Origin: Candidatus Yonathbacteria bacterium RIFCSPHIGHO2_02_FULL_44_14
GTDB lineage: Bacteria > Patescibacteriota > Minisyncoccia > Phycocordibacterales > UBA1550
Assembly: GCA_001823535.1 (NCBI GenBank)
Contig: MHUT01000006.1
Coordinates: forward strand, 27,631 to 91,630
Reading direction: 5' to 3'
Length of the DNA: 64,000 nt
Numbering within the stretch: the first letter of the stretch is position 1; the number at the start of each line of letters is the position of its first letter. A model generated the notes under the pieces. That model did not search any database. It was not told where the DNA came from and saw only the letters and a program-made list of their open reading frames with translations. The position numbers and the translations under genes are program-made. Shown here piece by piece: positions 9,753-17,819 of the stretch.

Positions 9753-11096
9753 ATGACGAAAGTAATCACAAGATTTGCACCATCACCGACAGGGGTACTC
9801 CATATTGGATCCGTGCGCACCGCACTTTATTCCTGGCTCTATGCAAGGCAAAATAACGGCAAGTTTATCCTGCGTATCGAGGATACCGATAAAGAGCGTT
9901 CAAAAAAGGAATATGAAGATAATATTATTGATGGGTTAGAGTGGCTCGGGCTCACTCACGATGAGTTTTATCGTCAATCGGACCGCTCTGATGTTTATAA
10001 AAGGCATCTTCTCGCGCTTATTGCAGACGGGACTGCGTATGTTTCAAAAGAAGAACCAAAGGAACTAGGTGAGCGTTCCGAAGTGATTCGCTTCAAAAAT
10101 CCCAACAGAGTGGTCACTTTTCACGACGTAGCACGCGGTGATATTTCATTCGACACGACAGAGCTCGGCGATTTTGTGATTGCAAAGGATTTTGAATCAC
10201 CACTTTATCATTTCGCGGTCGTGGTGGATGATTTTGAAATGCGAGTTACTCATGTAATTCGTGGCGACGATGCTATCTCGAATACACCGCGACAAATTCT
10301 TATTCAAGAGGCGCTTGGTGCTCCTCGTCCTGTATATACGCATTTGCCTATGATCCTTGCGCCTGATAAATCAAAACTATCCAAGCGTCATGGCGCACTT
10401 GCGGTGACGGAATATCGCGAAGAGGGATATTTGCCGGAGGCAATCCTTAACTTTGTGGCACTCATGGGCTGGAATCCGGGCAATGACAAAGAAATTATTT
10501 CTCTTGATGAGATGATCATGCTCTTTAAACTCGAAAAGATTCAAAAAGGGGCTGCTGTTTTTAATATTGATAAATTAAAGTGGCTTAATAAACACTACAT
10601 AAAACTTCTTCCTGCTGAAAAAGCGGGTAAGGAGATTCTCGCGCGATTTCCTGAAATGTTACGCATAAAGGCGGAAGATAACTCAGAAATTTTTTCAAAA
10701 ATTATTGTTGTCATACTTGATCATATTTCAACGTTTGGCGAAGTACGCTTTTTTGCGGAGGCAGGGGAGTATAGGTATTTTTTCGAGGATCCTATTTACC
10801 CGCGCGAGGCACTCTTGTGGAAGGACGAGCAGGAGCCCACACGAGCGGCAGAAAAATTAGAGAAAGTTCTTGTGCTTCTTGAGGAAATTGATGATGTGTT
10901 TTTTACGCCTGAAACTATAAAAACTGCTATTTGGGACTACGCAACCGAAGCGGGGCGGGGGAGTGTCCTTTGGCCGATGCGCTACGCTCTCTCTGGTCGC
11001 GATAAATCCCCAGACCCATTTATACTATCGAGTATTCTGGGGAAAGAAGCAACGATTCGTCGCATTGAAAATGCGATAAAATTGCTTTTAGGATAA
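9753..11096 (+). CDS. gltX: Glutamate--tRNA ligase
   Basis: RFAPSPTGVLHIGSVRTALYSW...RIEDTD and KLSKRHG motifs. Confidence 0.9.
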   Translation: MTKVITRFAPSPTGVLHIGSVRTALYSWLYARQNNGKFILRIEDTDKERSKKEYEDNIIDGLEWLGLTHDEFYRQSDRSDVYKRHLLALIADGTAYVSKEEPKELGERSEVIRFKNPNRVVTFHDVARGDISFDTTELGDFVIAKDFESPLYHFAVVVDDFEMRVTHVIRGDDAISNTPRQILIQEALGAPRPVYTHLPMILAPDKSKLSKRHGALAVTEYREEGYLPEAILNFVALMGWNPGNDKEIISLDEMIMLFKLEKIQKGAAVFNIDKLKWLNKHYIKLLPAEKAGKEILARFPEMLRIKAEDNSEIFSKIIVVILDHISTFGEVRFFAEAGEYRYFFEDPIYPREALLWKDEQEPTRAAEKLEKVLVLLEEIDDVFFTPETIKTAIWDYATEAGRGSVLWPMRYALSGRDKSPDPFILSSILGKEATIRRIENAIKLLLG

Positions 11097-11111
11097 TCAA
11101 TTTTATACGGT

Positions 11112-12395
11112 ATGCGCAAAATTATTTACCAATTCACCATTTTTATATTCATCGGTATAGTGGCATTGGTCACGGATTCTTTTGTTTTTGCTCAAACTGT
11201 AGATGAGTTGGAGAGAAAAATTGCATCACAAACAACTCTTATCCAAAAACTTGAGCAAGAGATTCGGCAATATCAAGGTGACTTAGCAACACTAGCTACG
11301 AAGAAAAAAACACTGAAAAATGCTATCGCAGCCCTTGAAGTTACGCGCAAAAAACTTGAGGCAGACATTAAACTAACACAAACAAAGGTCGACACGACAG
11401 ATTTAAAAATTCGCCAACTTGGTTCAGAAATATCCTACAAAGAAAATGAGATAAATGTGCGCAAGGCAGCCCTCAAGGAGGCGCTCCTTGAGATGTATGA
11501 GAGCGACGAGCAGTCATTGGCACAAATTGCGTTGTCTAACGAAAGTTTTTCCGGGTTATGGAATGACATTGAAACACTGGAACAATTTAGTTCTAGTGTG
11601 ACTGAAAATGTTGAGTTGATAAAGTCTCTCAAAGCAGATCTGGAACAAAAAAACAAAGTGAAGCAAAATGAAAAAGGAAAACTTTTAGGACTCAAAGAGG
11701 AACTTGGTGATCAGAAGAAAATAACTGAGGATAATAAAAAGCAGACGACGAAACTCTTGACTCAAACAAGCAATCAAGAATCAAAATATCAGCAGATTCT
11801 TAAGGACAAGCTCGCGCTTAAGGAGGCTCTTGAAAAAGAACTTCGTGAATATGAATCAACCTTGAAGTTCATTCTTGATCCTTCGTCGATTCCTCCACGT
11901 GGCACAAAAGTTCTTGCTTTACCCGTTGATAATTATCGTATTACTCAATATTTCGGAAATACTGAATTCGCAAAAAGTGGCGCATATAATGGTAGCGGAC
12001 ACAACGGCATAGATTTTGGAGTATCGACAGGGACGCGCATAAAAGCGATGCTTTCAGGTGTCGTGGTTGGCACAGGGAATACGGATCTATATCCCGGGTG
12101 CTATTCGTACGGAAAATGGGTGCTTGTAAAGCACGCGAACGGACTCTCTACCCTCTATGGGCACCTCTCGCAGATCAAGGTATCGAACGGACAGTCAGTT
12201 GGTACTGGAGATCTTTTGGGCTACAGCGGTAACACTGGATACAGCACCGGCCCGCATTTGCACTTAACGGTATTCGCAAGTGCCGCAGTTAATGTTGTTC
12301 GTCTTGGAGATATCAAAAAGTCTACCAATTGCGCGAATGCATCAATTCCTGTTGCCGCCCTCAACGCATATCTTAACCCAATGGATTACTTATAA
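11112..12395 (+). CDS. M23 family peptidase with N-terminal coiled coil (EnvC-like)
   Basis: Long heptad-rich N-terminus. C-terminal GHNGIDFGVSTGTRIKA...HLHLTV LytM motifs. Confidence 0.8.
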   Translation: MRKIIYQFTIFIFIGIVALVTDSFVFAQTVDELERKIASQTTLIQKLEQEIRQYQGDLATLATKKKTLKNAIAALEVTRKKLEADIKLTQTKVDTTDLKIRQLGSEISYKENEINVRKAALKEALLEMYESDEQSLAQIALSNESFSGLWNDIETLEQFSSSVTENVELIKSLKADLEQKNKVKQNEKGKLLGLKEELGDQKKITEDNKKQTTKLLTQTSNQESKYQQILKDKLALKEALEKELREYESTLKFILDPSSIPPRGTKVLALPVDNYRITQYFGNTEFAKSGAYNGSGHNGIDFGVSTGTRIKAMLSGVVVGTGNTDLYPGCYSYGKWVLVKHANGLSTLYGHLSQIKVSNGQSVGTGDLLGYSGNTGYSTGPHLHLTVFASAAVNVVRLGDIKKSTNCANASIPVAALNAYLNPMDYL

Positions 12396-12416
12396 AAAAC
12401 GAGGTACAATTGCCAT

Positions 12417-12632
12417 ATGAAAAAACCCTCACAAAAGCGCGGATTCATGCAAATTGTGCTTTTGGCAATTATTATCATTGCAGCACTTGGATATTTTAAT
12501 ATTGACCTGCGCACTGTTATCGAAAGCCCAATAATTCAAAAGATTTGGAATATATTTGTAGTTGGGTGGAAGACATACTTGCAGCCGTTTGTTATGTACC
12601 TTTGGACGAGCTTCAATGGGCTTTCAAAATAG
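12417..12632 (+). CDS. Hypothetical small membrane protein (71 aa)
   Basis: One clear TM helix and a modest RBS. No homology recognised. Confidence 0.3.
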   Translation: MKKPSQKRGFMQIVLLAIIIIAALGYFNIDLRTVIESPIIQKIWNIFVVGWKTYLQPFVMYLWTSFNGLSK

Positions 12633-12781
12633 GCCACTGTTTGCGTTCAAAAGTGAGTATTTTTACCCACAATAATATTATAGATAACTTCCTTAATCCA
12701 TTCTATAGTCGTAAAAGATATATTGTGCGACGTGCGTCTAAATCATTTTTTAAGGCATACCCCCACTAATTAACAGACTAT

Positions 12782-13531
12782 TTATTGTTGTGATATAAAT
12801 TTCAGAGTCGACGTAAATAATTCTTTTTTTGCAGCACTCGTGCCAAACATATGCCCAGTGTTCTTTATTATTTTTAATCGTTTTTTTTCAGTAGAGTTAT
12901 CAAAGTAATACCTTGTATTATCACGTGCTCCTTTTTCTGCACCAATATATAACTTGTCAACAGTAAGTGTCTTTAGGATTCTATCTATATCATCGTACTT
13001 CTCTAAATCATTCAAAAATTTTCTGGAAAAACTTATTAGAAATTTGTACTTTGTATCTTTTGTTTTGTAAACATTTTTTGCCTCATCAAAAATAAAATTA
13101 CTTTTTATTGAATCAACAATCTGAGATGGCACACTCGGGTCCCACAGGATTAGTTTCTTGAATTTTATCAGCTTGGAGTATTTTTTGTAAAATAAAATTG
13201 AAATGACAGCACTAAAACTATGTCCAATAATAACTACCTCCCTATATTTTTTATTTGAACTTTGAATGCATTGATATAAACTTTTCAAATAAAGGTCAAC
13301 ACTGAGGTCGCCCATTTTGAAACAATCTGATTTATTAAAAATATCATCATTGCAAAAATTTATACGCAGAATATCAAAATCATTTTTTTTAAAAAACTGC
13401 GTCCCCATTTTAACCAAAAAACTATCCTTACCACCAGAAATGCCACTCATGATAACAAGTAAAACATCGCTCCCTTTTTTTTCATAAAGGTCAAAATAAA
13501 CAAATTTATTTTTCAATATATTTAATTTCAT
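12782..13531 (-). CDS. Alpha/beta-fold hydrolase (esterase/lipase-like), strongly AT-rich
   Basis: GHSFS nucleophile elbow (GxSxG) and a C-terminal NTGHMF putative His. Codon usage dominated by K/N/I/F/Y, unlike the flanking genes. Confidence 0.6.
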   Translation of the reverse strand: MKLNILKNKFVYFDLYEKKGSDVLLVIMSGISGGKDSFLVKMGTQFFKKNDFDILRINFCNDDIFNKSDCFKMGDLSVDLYLKSLYQCIQSSNKKYREVVIIGHSFSAVISILFYKKYSKLIKFKKLILWDPSVPSQIVDSIKSNFIFDEAKNVYKTKDTKYKFLISFSRKFLNDLEKYDDIDRILKTLTVDKLYIGAEKGARDNTRYYFDNSTEKKRLKIIKNTGHMFGTSAAKKELFTSTLKFISQQ

Positions 13532-13540
13532 CTAGATAAT

Positions 13541-13573
13541 TAAAATAAAAAGCAAGGGCGTTTTTGCCCTTGC
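13541..13573 (-). terminator. Rho-independent terminator after the DUF397-like gene
   Basis: gcaagggc-gttttt-gcccttgc hairpin followed on the minus strand by a T-run. Confidence 0.6.
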
Positions 13574-13590
13574 TTACCCGGCAAGTACGC

Positions 13591-13854
13591 TCAGAGTTCG
13601 TCAAAATTGAGTTCACCCTCCCGGATACCTTTTGTGAATGCATCCCACTCGTCCTTGTCAAAAGAAAGAGTTGTTTTGTTCGGGTCCCTCGTTGACCTTA
13701 CGAGGAGTCGGCCACCCTCTTTTTTAACGCTTACGCAAGAGAATGAGATCGGCTTCCTTTTTGTAAATGAAGTGGTTTTGAATCCTTCTTCGTCGACCTT
13801 TTGGCCCTGATTGTTGGTTGTAAATGCACAACCGTTTCCAAAAACATCTTTCAT
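13591..13854 (-). CDS. DUF397-like small protein. Start reassigned to ATG 13854; the track start is a GTG at 13866.
   Basis: C-terminal half SCVSVKKEGGRLLVRSTRDPNKTTLSFDKDEWDAFTKGIREGE aligns with the actinobacterial DUF397 consensus. A degenerate N-terminal copy (GNGCAF) precedes it. Own terminator. Confidence 0.55.
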   Translation of the reverse strand: MKDVFGNGCAFTTNNQGQKVDEEGFKTTSFTKRKPISFSCVSVKKEGGRLLVRSTRDPNKTTLSFDKDEWDAFTKGIREGELNFDEL

Positions 13855-13965
13855 AATATACCCCACTTTCTATCAAATGAATTAAGGAAAACTACCACCT
13901 GAAACCTAAAAGGCTTCAATGAAACAGTACCATATAATTAATTGCAAAGCAAGAGCAGAAAACAA

Positions 13966-14057
13966 GTTATCCACACCCTGTGGTTTGCGTAGCATTGCCC
14001 TAAAGCTTGATTGTGCGACGTGGGTATAATAGATTCCACCTAGCTCCCCTTTGCTTG
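13966..14057. repeat. Direct repeat copy 1 (~92 bp), left boundary of the three-gene cassette
   Basis: Near-identical to 16370-16470 apart from two small indels. Overlaps the last 5 codons (QAKGS) and stop of the ATP-grasp gene. Confidence 0.9.
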
Positions 14058-15098
14058 GCTCTGTTTCTTGATGTACGTGTCTACTGCATCGACAAAAATT
14101 CTCTCTGGATTAGGATGTTCACTAATTTTTTCCCAGCCAAGCGTTCCTTTGCGAAAGAAAAATGAAGAATGTTCTACTGCGTACTGCCCAAAACTTAAAA
14201 ATTGAAACTCAATAAGGAAATATTCGTTATCTCTGATTGCGACATCTATAGAAATAAACGGCACATTAAAAAATGTAAAAACCTTATCTGCAAAGTTTAA
14301 AAGATCGTCAGGTACTTCTTCTGGAAACGAGAGGATCCCGCTTCCACTTGCTCGGAAATCTCCCGGCCTGTTTCCCCTCCTGAGCACATAAAATCTATTA
14401 TCGTATATTAAAATTTTATAGTCGTGAGATAAGTCTGAAATAAAATTTTGAACTATAAATTTTCTGCGATAATTTGAGATTGATTTGAACCCTTTTCCAC
14501 TTAGGATGCCATTAAAGAATCTTTTTAAGTTTATAAATGAATAACTTCTTGCTATGTAGCGAGAGGCGTGCAAAGCTTCCTTTTTTGATCGCACAAGCCT
14601 CACTCCGCTACCCTTTGATCCAGATCCTGGCTTTATAACAATCGGAAGCCGGTTCCCGCTAAAAGATCCTTCGAATTCATCGAATGTTCCATATTTTTCT
14701 GAAATAATGTTTTGGATTAATGGGAATCTACTACTATCCCTTAAAATTTCCATGAACACTTTATTATGGTGAGCTCTGAACTTATAAAAATCTGGTATTA
14801 GGATAGCCTTGTTAATTTTAAGCCCTAATAAAATATCTTCAATATAATCCTTATAGCGAAGATCTGGGTCCTCTGCGGATTGATACAACACAAATGATCC
14901 TGCGTATTTATCTGAATGAAAATCAACATTTGAGAATCTCTCAATTTCAACACTGTATCCTCTGTTTTTAAATAAACGCTTCAATTCTGAGGTGTTCATA
15001 CTCCCAGCAACTTCCTTTGTTGATGAATAAAAAGTATTTCGATAATCGAGCAAAATAAAAAGTTTTTTAGTCATTTCTATCCTTAAAAATTTCTTCAA
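14040..15098 (-). CDS. ATP-grasp fold ligase; substrate unknown
   Basis: PIVIKPGSGSKGSGVRL glycine-rich loop. C-terminal ISIDVAIRDNEYFLIEFQF Mg/ATP-binding beta-strands. Its 3' end lies inside repeat copy 1. Confidence 0.7.
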   Translation of the reverse strand: MKKFLRIEMTKKLFILLDYRNTFYSSTKEVAGSMNTSELKRLFKNRGYSVEIERFSNVDFHSDKYAGSFVLYQSAEDPDLRYKDYIEDILLGLKINKAILIPDFYKFRAHHNKVFMEILRDSSRFPLIQNIISEKYGTFDEFEGSFSGNRLPIVIKPGSGSKGSGVRLVRSKKEALHASRYIARSYSFINLKRFFNGILSGKGFKSISNYRRKFIVQNFISDLSHDYKILIYDNRFYVLRRGNRPGDFRASGSGILSFPEEVPDDLLNFADKVFTFFNVPFISIDVAIRDNEYFLIEFQFLSFGQYAVEHSSFFFRKGTLGWEKISEHPNPERIFVDAVDTYIKKQSQAKGS

Positions 15099-15612
15099 AA
15101 AAGATTTGATCCCTCACAATATTGAACGCAGTATTATAGAATTTTATTTCCCCTTTTCTTACTTTATCTACCTGTTCTCTAAGAATTTTTCTTGCAGTTT
15201 CACCCTCAAGCCAAATAACTGAAAGATCGTTCTTTTTTTCGTCCTCGGTCCGCAGGTCCCCATAAGTTTCTTTTTTTGCCTCTACCAAAAAACAAATAGT
15301 TTCGTATTCTTTTGCATCTCTGTCGCGAAACTCATGAATCCGACCAACCTCACGCTCCACATCAACCTCATAACGTATCTCTTCGATACATTCTCTCTTG
15401 ATTTCTTGAATAATATCTGCGCTTTCAGCTCCTCCGCCTGCCAAAAGATAACATTTATGAATAGGGTTTGTAATAAAACCAAACTCCCCTCCCTCATTTT
15501 TCACAAGAGCCTTTACTGTCACCCTTTTTTCGTAATGATCAGGGGTAATGTGTGTCGGTTGAGGGAAAATGTCTTTATCGTGCAATGTAGCTAAATAATA
15601 CATATTACTCAT
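15067..15612 (-). CDS. Nudix-like hydrolase with divergent Nudix box. Start taken at the internal ATG 15612; the 5' ORF extension overlies a terminator hairpin.
   Basis: GGGAESADIIQEIKRECIEEIRY approximates the Nudix box GX5EX7REUXEEXGU with a one-residue shorter spacer. Overlaps the ATP-grasp start by 32 nt. Confidence 0.5.
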   Translation of the reverse strand: MSNMYYLATLHDKDIFPQPTHITPDHYEKRVTVKALVKNEGGEFGFITNPIHKCYLLAGGGAESADIIQEIKRECIEEIRYEVDVEREVGRIHEFRDRDAKEYETICFLVEAKKETYGDLRTEDEKKNDLSVIWLEGETARKILREQVDKVRKGEIKFYNTAFNIVRDQIFFEEIFKDRND

Positions 15613-15620
15613 TCTATCAT

Positions 15621-15656
15621 AAAAATTGGGCTTTCCGGCGGGTGGACGGAAAGCCC
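15621..15656 (-). terminator. Terminator-like hairpin immediately after the histidine phosphatase stop
   Basis: gggctttcc-...-ggaaagccc 9-bp stem, followed on the minus strand by aattttta. Confidence 0.5.
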
Positions 15657-15662
15657 AAAAAA

Positions 15663-16310
15663 TCAAACATTAAAATCAATTTTCGGAAGCGGCTTCTCGA
15701 GGATGAATTGACCGCATCCTGTATTGAAGAGAGCAGCGACGTAGCAATTGGGCGGATTTGCAAAAAAACAAAATTCATCATCAGTGATTGCCAGAAAAGC
15801 TTTCACAATGACTCTTAGGGCAAATCCATGTGTAAAAATTACTACACACTCAGGATGGTCATTGGATGCGCCGTCACTTTTTAATTCCTCTATAAATTGC
15901 TCAATGTCATGCACAAAGTCAGGGGTGTAATCTCCCTGAGGGAATTGGAAGTGTAGTACCCCGATACGATATCTCTCTTTCTCGACCTCCTTAATGGTTT
16001 TTTCGTCTACGTTGCCCCAGTTCAAGTTTCTAATACGTGGTTCAACGGTGACATCAAAATTGACCAAAGGAAAACTCGAACAGAATAATGACATTGTTTG
16101 GTCCGCGCGGTTTGAAGGCGAAGTAATTACCTTTACTCTTTGGTACAAATTTATCTCTTGAGATAAATTCCCTACTATTTCCAAAGCCTGCTTCTTTCCG
16201 GTTGTCGTAATTGAAATTCTACGATCTGGAACAACGCTATGCAAACAAGGGTCAATATCTTCTTCTGATTGCGCGTGCCGAACAAGAAATATACGTTTCA
16301 ACATTCCCAA
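15663..16310 (-). CDS. Histidine phosphatase superfamily protein (phosphoglycerate-mutase-like, branch 1)
   Basis: N-terminal LVRHAQSE (RHG motif) and a later THG motif (IFTHGF). Confidence 0.75.
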   Translation of the reverse strand: MGMLKRIFLVRHAQSEEDIDPCLHSVVPDRRISITTTGKKQALEIVGNLSQEINLYQRVKVITSPSNRADQTMSLFCSSFPLVNFDVTVEPRIRNLNWGNVDEKTIKEVEKERYRIGVLHFQFPQGDYTPDFVHDIEQFIEELKSDGASNDHPECVVIFTHGFALRVIVKAFLAITDDEFCFFANPPNCYVAALFNTGCGQFILEKPLPKIDFNV

Positions 16311-16369
16311 CTCCTTTTTAAAAAGAACTCAGTATATGTTGCGCTACAAATACAAATTTGTCAATAGCC

Positions 16370-16470
16370 GTTATTCACACCCTATGGCTTGCGTAGCATT
16401 GCCCTAACGCCTAAAGCTTAATTGTGCGACGTGGGTGTATAATAGATTCCACCTAGCTCCCCTTTGCTTG
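16370..16470. repeat. Direct repeat copy 2 (~101 bp), right boundary of the cassette
   Basis: Same sequence as 13966-14057 with acgcc and tg insertions. Supplies QAKGS-stop to the 81-aa ORF ending at 16453. Confidence 0.9.
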
Positions 16471-16698
16471 ATTTAAAAACTGTGCACCAAACGCCACCAG
16501 GAAAAGATACACAAATGCTCCCGCAGCGTAATACGCCATCACGAGTGAAACATTCCTATCAAAAATATTGTAAAGAAAAATAGGAAGAAAGACACCAAGG
16601 AGTCCGCTCGATATCGCCATCACCATGCGTCCAAAATAGAGCCCAAAGAACCCTCTCCTTCGTTCTTTGTTAGTTAGTAAGTAGTCCAGGTTTTCCAT
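16453..16698 (-). pseudogene. N-terminal fragment of a polytopic membrane (transporter-like) protein, fused to the repeat-encoded tail
   Basis: 81 aa with two TM helices, ending in the repeat-derived QAKGS-stop. Too short for a transporter, so likely truncated by the recombination that created the repeat. Confidence 0.4.
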
Positions 16699-16707
16699 TA
16701 TATATAT

Positions 16708-17166
16708 TTAATTGCGATCGTAGCGCCCAATGAGCGTCACCTTTTCGATTACATGAGGAGCGAGCGTCTGCAGCAGTTGCTCTTTGCTTGAACCTTTGGG
16801 TAATGAGAGAACAGCACTGAGCGTGTAGAGTGTAAAGATATATCGATGTTCTCGGTCAGGCGGACATGGACCTTCGTATGCTGATTCCCCGCTGGTGTTT
16901 GTCCCGATGACACCAGGAGGAGTCTCCCCTTCTGCAATCTGTGTTGTCGTGGGTGGTAGATTCCAAATTACCCAATGATTCCACATTCCATCGACGCGAA
17001 TATTTTTAGGAACGTCAGGATCTTCTAGTGTGAGGGCAAAACTCTTTGTCCCTATAGGTGCACCATCAATAATTAACTCTGGTGAAATGTTTTCACCGTC
17101 GCAGGTAAAACGAACTGGAATTTCCCCATTCATTTTGAAAGCGGTGCTCGTTAGGGTGAGTGACAT
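16708..17166 (-). CDS. YbhB/YbcL family Raf-kinase-inhibitor-like (PEBP) protein
   Basis: HRYIFTLYTL and DPDVP PEBP signatures. Confidence 0.8.
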   Translation of the reverse strand: MSLTLTSTAFKMNGEIPVRFTCDGENISPELIIDGAPIGTKSFALTLEDPDVPKNIRVDGMWNHWVIWNLPPTTTQIAEGETPPGVIGTNTSGESAYEGPCPPDREHRYIFTLYTLSAVLSLPKGSSKEQLLQTLAPHVIEKVTLIGRYDRN

Positions 17167-17192
17167 AGACTGAAATTATAACATAAAGCACC

Positions 17193-17819
17193 TCATTGGC
17201 TTGGATAAAATTTCGCGAGTGGACAGCTTGTGTGTTTACATCGCGCAGAGCAATATTCCCTGCCGTAAAGGATAAGAAGATGCGAAAATCGCACCCAATC
17301 TTTTTTTGGGATAATTTCCATCAAGTCTTGCTCTATCTTGGTCGCATCTTTGTGTTTCGTAAGTCCAAGAAGGCGCGAGAGACGAATGACGTGCGTATCA
17401 ACAGCAATACCTTCAGCGGTGCCATAAAGTTCGCCGAGTACAACATTGGCAGTCTTGCGACCTACACCGGGAATGGTAAGCATACCCTTCATTGTTTTTG
17501 GAACTTTTCCTTTAAAATCTTTCTTGATTACCTTTATTGCAGCAAGAATATTTTTTGTTTTTGCACGATAAAAGCCTGTTGAGTAGATATCTCGCTCGAA
17601 TTCACTCGGCTCCGCATTTACATAATCATCAAGCGCTCGGTGTTTTTTAAAAAGATTCTTTGTGACGTCGTTCACTTTTTTATCAGTGCACTGAGCCGAC
17701 AGTATTACTGCAACGAGAAGTTCCCATGGTTTAGTGTAATGCAGTGCGCATTTTGGATCAGGGAAAAGTCGCGTCAAAGTACGTATAATTTCAGGCAAGT
17801 TTGTATTTTCTTTTTTCAT
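17193..17819 (-). CDS. nth: Endonuclease III (HhH-GPD with 4Fe-4S). Start reassigned to ATG 17819.
   Basis: LSAQCTDKKVN; GVGRKTANVVL HhH-GPD; C-terminal CX6CX2CX5C-like cluster CSARCKHTSCPLAKF. Confidence 0.85.
   Translation of the reverse strand: MKKENTNLPEIIRTLTRLFPDPKCALHYTKPWELLVAVILSAQCTDKKVNDVTKNLFKKHRALDDYVNAEPSEFERDIYSTGFYRAKTKNILAAIKVIKKDFKGKVPKTMKGMLTIPGVGRKTANVVLGELYGTAEGIAVDTHVIRLSRLLGLTKHKDATKIEQDLMEIIPKKDWVRFSHLLILYGREYCSARCKHTSCPLAKFYPSQ

Noticed and set aside
13990-14025. Promoter inside the repeat (ttgatt ... tataat)
   Set aside because: The spacer between the candidate -35 and -10 is only about 12 nt in copy 1 and about 14 nt in copy 2. It would also drive antisense transcription into the ATP-grasp gene.
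13966-16470. The direct repeats as integron attC sites bounding a gene cassette
   Set aside because: The repeat does not start or end with the GTTRRRY / RYYYAAC core sites and is not an imperfect palindrome of the attC type. No intI gene is in the window.
16453-16698. Treating the 81-aa ORF as an intact small membrane protein
   Set aside because: Its last five codons and stop come from the repeat shared with the ATP-grasp gene, and two TM helices followed by a fused tail look like the N-terminus of a larger transporter. It is kept as a probable pseudogene or fusion fragment rather than a bona fide gene.
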